Below, one piece after another: positions 60,726-64,000 of a DNA stretch of 64,000 bases. This DNA comes from Blepharisma stoltei ATCC 30299. Lineage: Eukaryota > Protista > Ciliophora. The translations under genes and the position numbers were made by a program. Every line of letters begins with the position of its first letter. The stretch's first letter is position 1. The notes beneath the pieces were generated by a model. The model did not search any database. It was not told the DNA's origin and saw only the letters and a program-made list of their open reading frames with translations. The stretch is taken from positions 868,001 to 932,000 of the forward strand of contig CBFDEM010000036.1 in NCBI GenBank assembly GCA_965603825.1, in the 5' to 3' direction.

Positions 60726-61190
60726 ATGTCGTCCAGTAATTCAAAAACCTCAAGCAATCTTGGATGCCCTATCCCATCTCTAAGCAGCTCAAACACAAAT
60801 AAAACCCAAGACACCCCAATATCAAGTAAATTACAAAAGAAAAAGGCTACTGAACTTGACTTTAAGGCAAAATTCAAAACTGAAATGTGTAAAAATTGGG
60901 AAAATGGGTGCTGTGAATTCGGTGATCAATGTGCATTTGCCCATGGAGAAGCTGAACTCAGAAGCAGGTCTGGGGCAATAAAAAAATACAAAACAAAAAA
61001 GTGCAAACAATTTTATGAGCAAGGGTATTGCATTTATGGAGGAAGGTGCCAGTTTCAGCATAGAGAAGCTTCGCCTGAAACGGCTGAAAATTCACCAGAC
61101 CCATGCAAAGGGTCAGATTTAAAAAAATTATGCGAAACTCATAAGCGAAGACTTCCGATATTTATCGATTTGGAAACCCGAGAAATTTAG
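60726..61190 (+). CDS. Tandem CCCH zinc-finger protein (tristetraprolin/ZFP36 family)
   Basis: KFKTEMC and KYKTKKC CCCH fingers; C-terminal RRLPIF. Confidence 0.92.
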   Translation: MSSSNSKTSSNLGCPIPSLSSSNTNKTQDTPISSKLQKKKATELDFKAKFKTEMCKNWENGCCEFGDQCAFAHGEAELRSRSGAIKKYKTKKCKQFYEQGYCIYGGRCQFQHREASPETAENSPDPCKGSDLKKLCETHKRRLPIFIDLETREI

Positions 61191-61260
61191 GATTATATTC
61201 CTAAATAATTAACTTAATATATATAGAAATTCATAATTGTTATAAAATATATCTTAAAAG

Positions 61261-61809
61261 TTATCCTAAAGATGCCATCGATATAAACGAGCAAATTCTG
61301 CTTGCTCTCTGCGATCCTCCAGATTCCAACAAACAAGTGAAATCATAAAAATTCAGCTCGTCCTCTACATCTAGTCCTGCTTCCTCAAACATCGCTTCAA
61401 TATCAATTGTCAGGCCAAACTCGACCTTAATAATATCAATAAGTTTTTGTTTTTTCACGACCCCAGACCTGTCAATATTTCCTCCCATTGCCACAAAAGT
61501 ATTGACAATATCAATGTCGACTTCTTCTTCATCTTTTAAGTTAAGCTCTTTTAGATAGCTCCAAGCTTTAAGCGCCGTCGATAAATCGACCTTGGTCACG
61601 CCTTTTTCTTCAATAAAAGTACCAATTTTGGACATTTTGTCTTCTGATGGATTTTCACCGACAGCTTCAAATAAACCGTTTAGCTCATGGATATTGATGT
61701 AGCCAATATTTTGACGGTCTATTATATGGAATTGCTCACGCATATAGTCGACTTCTTCTTGGGTCAAGTCGAGGTCTTGGAAAGTTTCTTGCTTAGTTTG
61801 TGCTCTCAT
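61261..61809 (-). CDS. EF-hand protein resembling outer dynein arm docking complex DC3
   Basis: DRQNIGYINIHE EF-hand; FVAMGGNIDRSGVV..LIDIIKVEFGLTIDIE. Confidence 0.75.
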   Translation of the reverse strand: MRAQTKQETFQDLDLTQEEVDYMREQFHIIDRQNIGYINIHELNGLFEAVGENPSEDKMSKIGTFIEEKGVTKVDLSTALKAWSYLKELNLKDEEEVDIDIVNTFVAMGGNIDRSGVVKKQKLIDIIKVEFGLTIDIEAMFEEAGLDVEDELNFYDFTCLLESGGSQRASRICSFISMASLG

Positions 61810-62030
61810 TTATACGACAATTAAGAATTATGCAGTTTTTACGGAAAATGGATAAATTCATTTAAATGAAAGTTTTAGCTGGACAGAATCTTATAAATTT
61901 GCAATAAAAAATTTTGGAATTTTTGAAATTGTATTTAATTTTCATTTTCGTTACAAAAATAAAAATTTTTAAACTTTAGCAAATTAATAAAAATTTTCAA
62001 TAATTTTAAGAGACTATAGAAAATTCATTT

Positions 62031-63943
62031 ATGGCGAGTAATTTTATTAATATGAATATAATGCATGATCATTCGCCGCGTACACCAAAAGCTGAGTGGC
62101 CTATGTTTGCGCATTATGAAAGAAGAATATCTAACGCTAAAGACATTACAGCTGAAACTCTGTCTTATTTTAATCAGCAAGGTAACAAATCAGTTATGAT
62201 TAAATTCATTTTGTCCTTGCCTCCGATAAACGTACACCAGAGATGATAGAGAAATTGTATACATTAACCAAGGATCTACAATTTTTTCAAACAATTAGGG
62301 AAGAGCATACAGAAGATATCCACATTTAAGCAGGCTGATATTTATAAATGGCTTAAAGTCTAATAATAATTAGGAAATAAAGCACTGGATTGTTTAAATT
62401 TAGATGATAATATTAATAAATAGGATATTCATTACTCGTGCTGTAAATATTTATATTTTGAAAAACACCAAGCTGGTTCTATTATAATCAAACAAGGAGA
62501 GCTAGGGTCGAAATTTTACATTATAATTGAAGGTAAAGCAAGCGTGATAAGGGAAAATGGTGACGGAAGCACCACTTTGATTGCAGAAATTGGGGATGGA
62601 GAATCCTTTGGAGAAAGATCGCTTTTGCTAGGAACTTTAAGGGCTGCTACAGTTATTGCTACAGATGACTGTGCACTTGGAGTTCTGACAGCTGGGGATT
62701 ATAAAAAAATCCTAGAGTCATTTATGGAGGATTATTTTAAATCAAGAAAAACTAAAAAGAGACAAGTTATTTTCCAAGAAGGGGACACAGCTGAAGAAGT
62801 ATACTTAATACAAGAAGGGGAATTCAGCTTATTCAAAGCTTTTACTATTTCTATCACATCTTCTAGAGCATTCCCTGAAAATTCTCCACTCAAAACAAAG
62901 AATATTTCTAAACAAAGTCCAATTTCAATCCTTTCTAAAGGAACGATGTTTGGTGAAGAAGAAATTACTTCAGGTGGTGAAGCTAGAAGAAATACAACAT
63001 GCATGTGCACATGGATCATGGATTATTGCTTGTTATTAGTAAAGAAAATTTCCAAAAACATATCTTGAAAAATGATGATGCAATTGATTTTATAAAAAAT
63101 CGGACTCAAAAAAAACTGCAAACAAGGCAGAATGTTTTTGATAAAAAAATAAAAATTCAGAAAATGAACTCCGGAATAATATCATTGGATAAGAAAAATG
63201 ATAAAAATATTGAAAGCTTGCCACAGCTAACATCCCCGAAATATGCTTTAATAAAAAAGGCACTATCTCCTAGAATTATGATAAATTCATCAACATTATT
63301 ATTATCACCTCATAAAGAAAGCAATGAAAAAGGATTAATCTATTCAAATAAAAGGCACGAAAGCCTTAGTACAATTATAACTTCTGATGTTTCTGATCAA
63401 TCTATGCCTAAATTAAACCAAAATGAAACTAAATTCAATTTTTCGACAATTTCATCGCAAGTCAAAGAATCCCTTAGTTCCCGAAGACAAAACAGGCAAT
63501 TTTCTAATATTTCTGCTGATATCGGAGATACATCAAAAAATAAAAATTTATATATAGAAGAACTAAACCCCCCATTATTTTCATCATTTTCAAAAGAAAC
63601 TGATGCTAAAAGTCCTAAAAATCTTCATTCTCCAAGCATATCATTTGATAAAAAGTGGTATATGGACAGTCCTGTCGTAAAATTGTCAATACTCGAAGGT
63701 GAGTCTCCAAAGCAAAGAACTTCTCTAGGAGTTTCCCGATATCCATATATAGATTTTTCTGAAAGCCAATCCAGAAAATCCAAAAAAGAAGCCAGTTTGA
63801 TTAATATTCATACCCACCTAATGAAATCCAAAAGTAAAAAGCACCGCAAATTCAACTCATATTATAAAGCCACTAAAGAGAAAATTAATTTGCATTTATT
63901 AAATGAGCAGCTATTTCAAGACTTAAACGTTAAAAAGTTGTAA
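62031..63943 (+). pseudogene. Tandem cyclic-nucleotide-binding domain gene, disrupted as assembled (IES-like insert plus two -1 frameshifts)
   Basis: IIKQGELGSKFYIIIEG, GESFGERSLL..RAAT, IFQEGD..VYLIQEG, GTMFGEEE; frame breaks near 62222 and 63012; insert at 62317-62425. Confidence 0.7.
62317..62425. mobile_element. Putative internal eliminated sequence (IES), 109 bp, TA-bounded
   Basis: Direct repeat GATAT at 62315 and 62424; inverted ends TATCCACATTT...AAATAGGATA; AT-rich and stop-filled; removal restores the frame EEHTEDIHYSCCKYL. Confidence 0.75.
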
Positions 63944-64000
63944 TTTATGTCATAAATCGAGCTAAAATTAACTTAAAATAATTAATGAAATAAAGCCCAA

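Noticed and set aside
62315-62423. The insert read as a long intron (it ends TAAATAG)
   Set aside because: The 5' end needed to restore the protein begins GA, not GT, and all other introns here are 15 nt; TA boundaries and inverted termini fit an IES better
1-64000. Many split ORFs read as pseudogenes, or TGA read as selenocysteine
   Set aside because: Breaks are in-frame TGA at conserved Trp (not Cys) positions or stop-containing 15-nt introns, so the genes are intact
1-64000. Prokaryotic or organellar origin (Mycoplasma or mitochondrial, also UGA=Trp); CRISPR arrays or operons
   Set aside because: Nuclear eukaryotic gene content, GT-AG introns and a Pol III-type tRNA without encoded CCA; no repeat-spacer array seen
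1-64000. Telomeric repeats or transposase genes
   Set aside because: No tandem telomere-like repeat or transposase/RT motif was noticed by eye

Overview
Gene-dense, AT-rich eukaryotic DNA, most consistent with the somatic (macronuclear) genome of a heterotrich ciliate of the Blepharisma type. The supplied standard-code ORF track is misleading for two reasons. First, TGA encodes Trp (translation table 4-like), and every gene I could reconstruct ends in TAA or TAG. Second, genes are interrupted by 15-nt GT..AG spliceosomal introns (8 found, all with T9-A10). Re-reading on that basis merges the fragments into about 36 protein genes and one tRNA-Met. It also reveals genes missing or badly truncated in the track: an RBR E3 ligase, a TMEM185-like membrane protein, a MADS-box-like factor, a tesmin/LIN54 CXC protein, an acylated MAP3K and two giant surface proteins of about 1940 and 2290 aa. 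The most notable items are: (1) a 109-bp TA-bounded insertion with terminal inverted repeats in the last gene that looks like an unexcised germline IES, in a locus that also has two -1 frameshifts; (2) an intron consensus that places a stop codon in all three phases; (3) apparent avoidance of TGA near CDS 3' ends; (4) unusual domain fusions (RIIa dimerization + 2x CDGSH, MYND + Aurora-like kinase + SH3/Tudor-like, myristoyl + IQ + glutaredoxin-like + Zn ribbon); (5) a K+-channel-like protein with a rewritten selectivity filter. All family calls come from manual translation and motif recognition, and no database searches were run.
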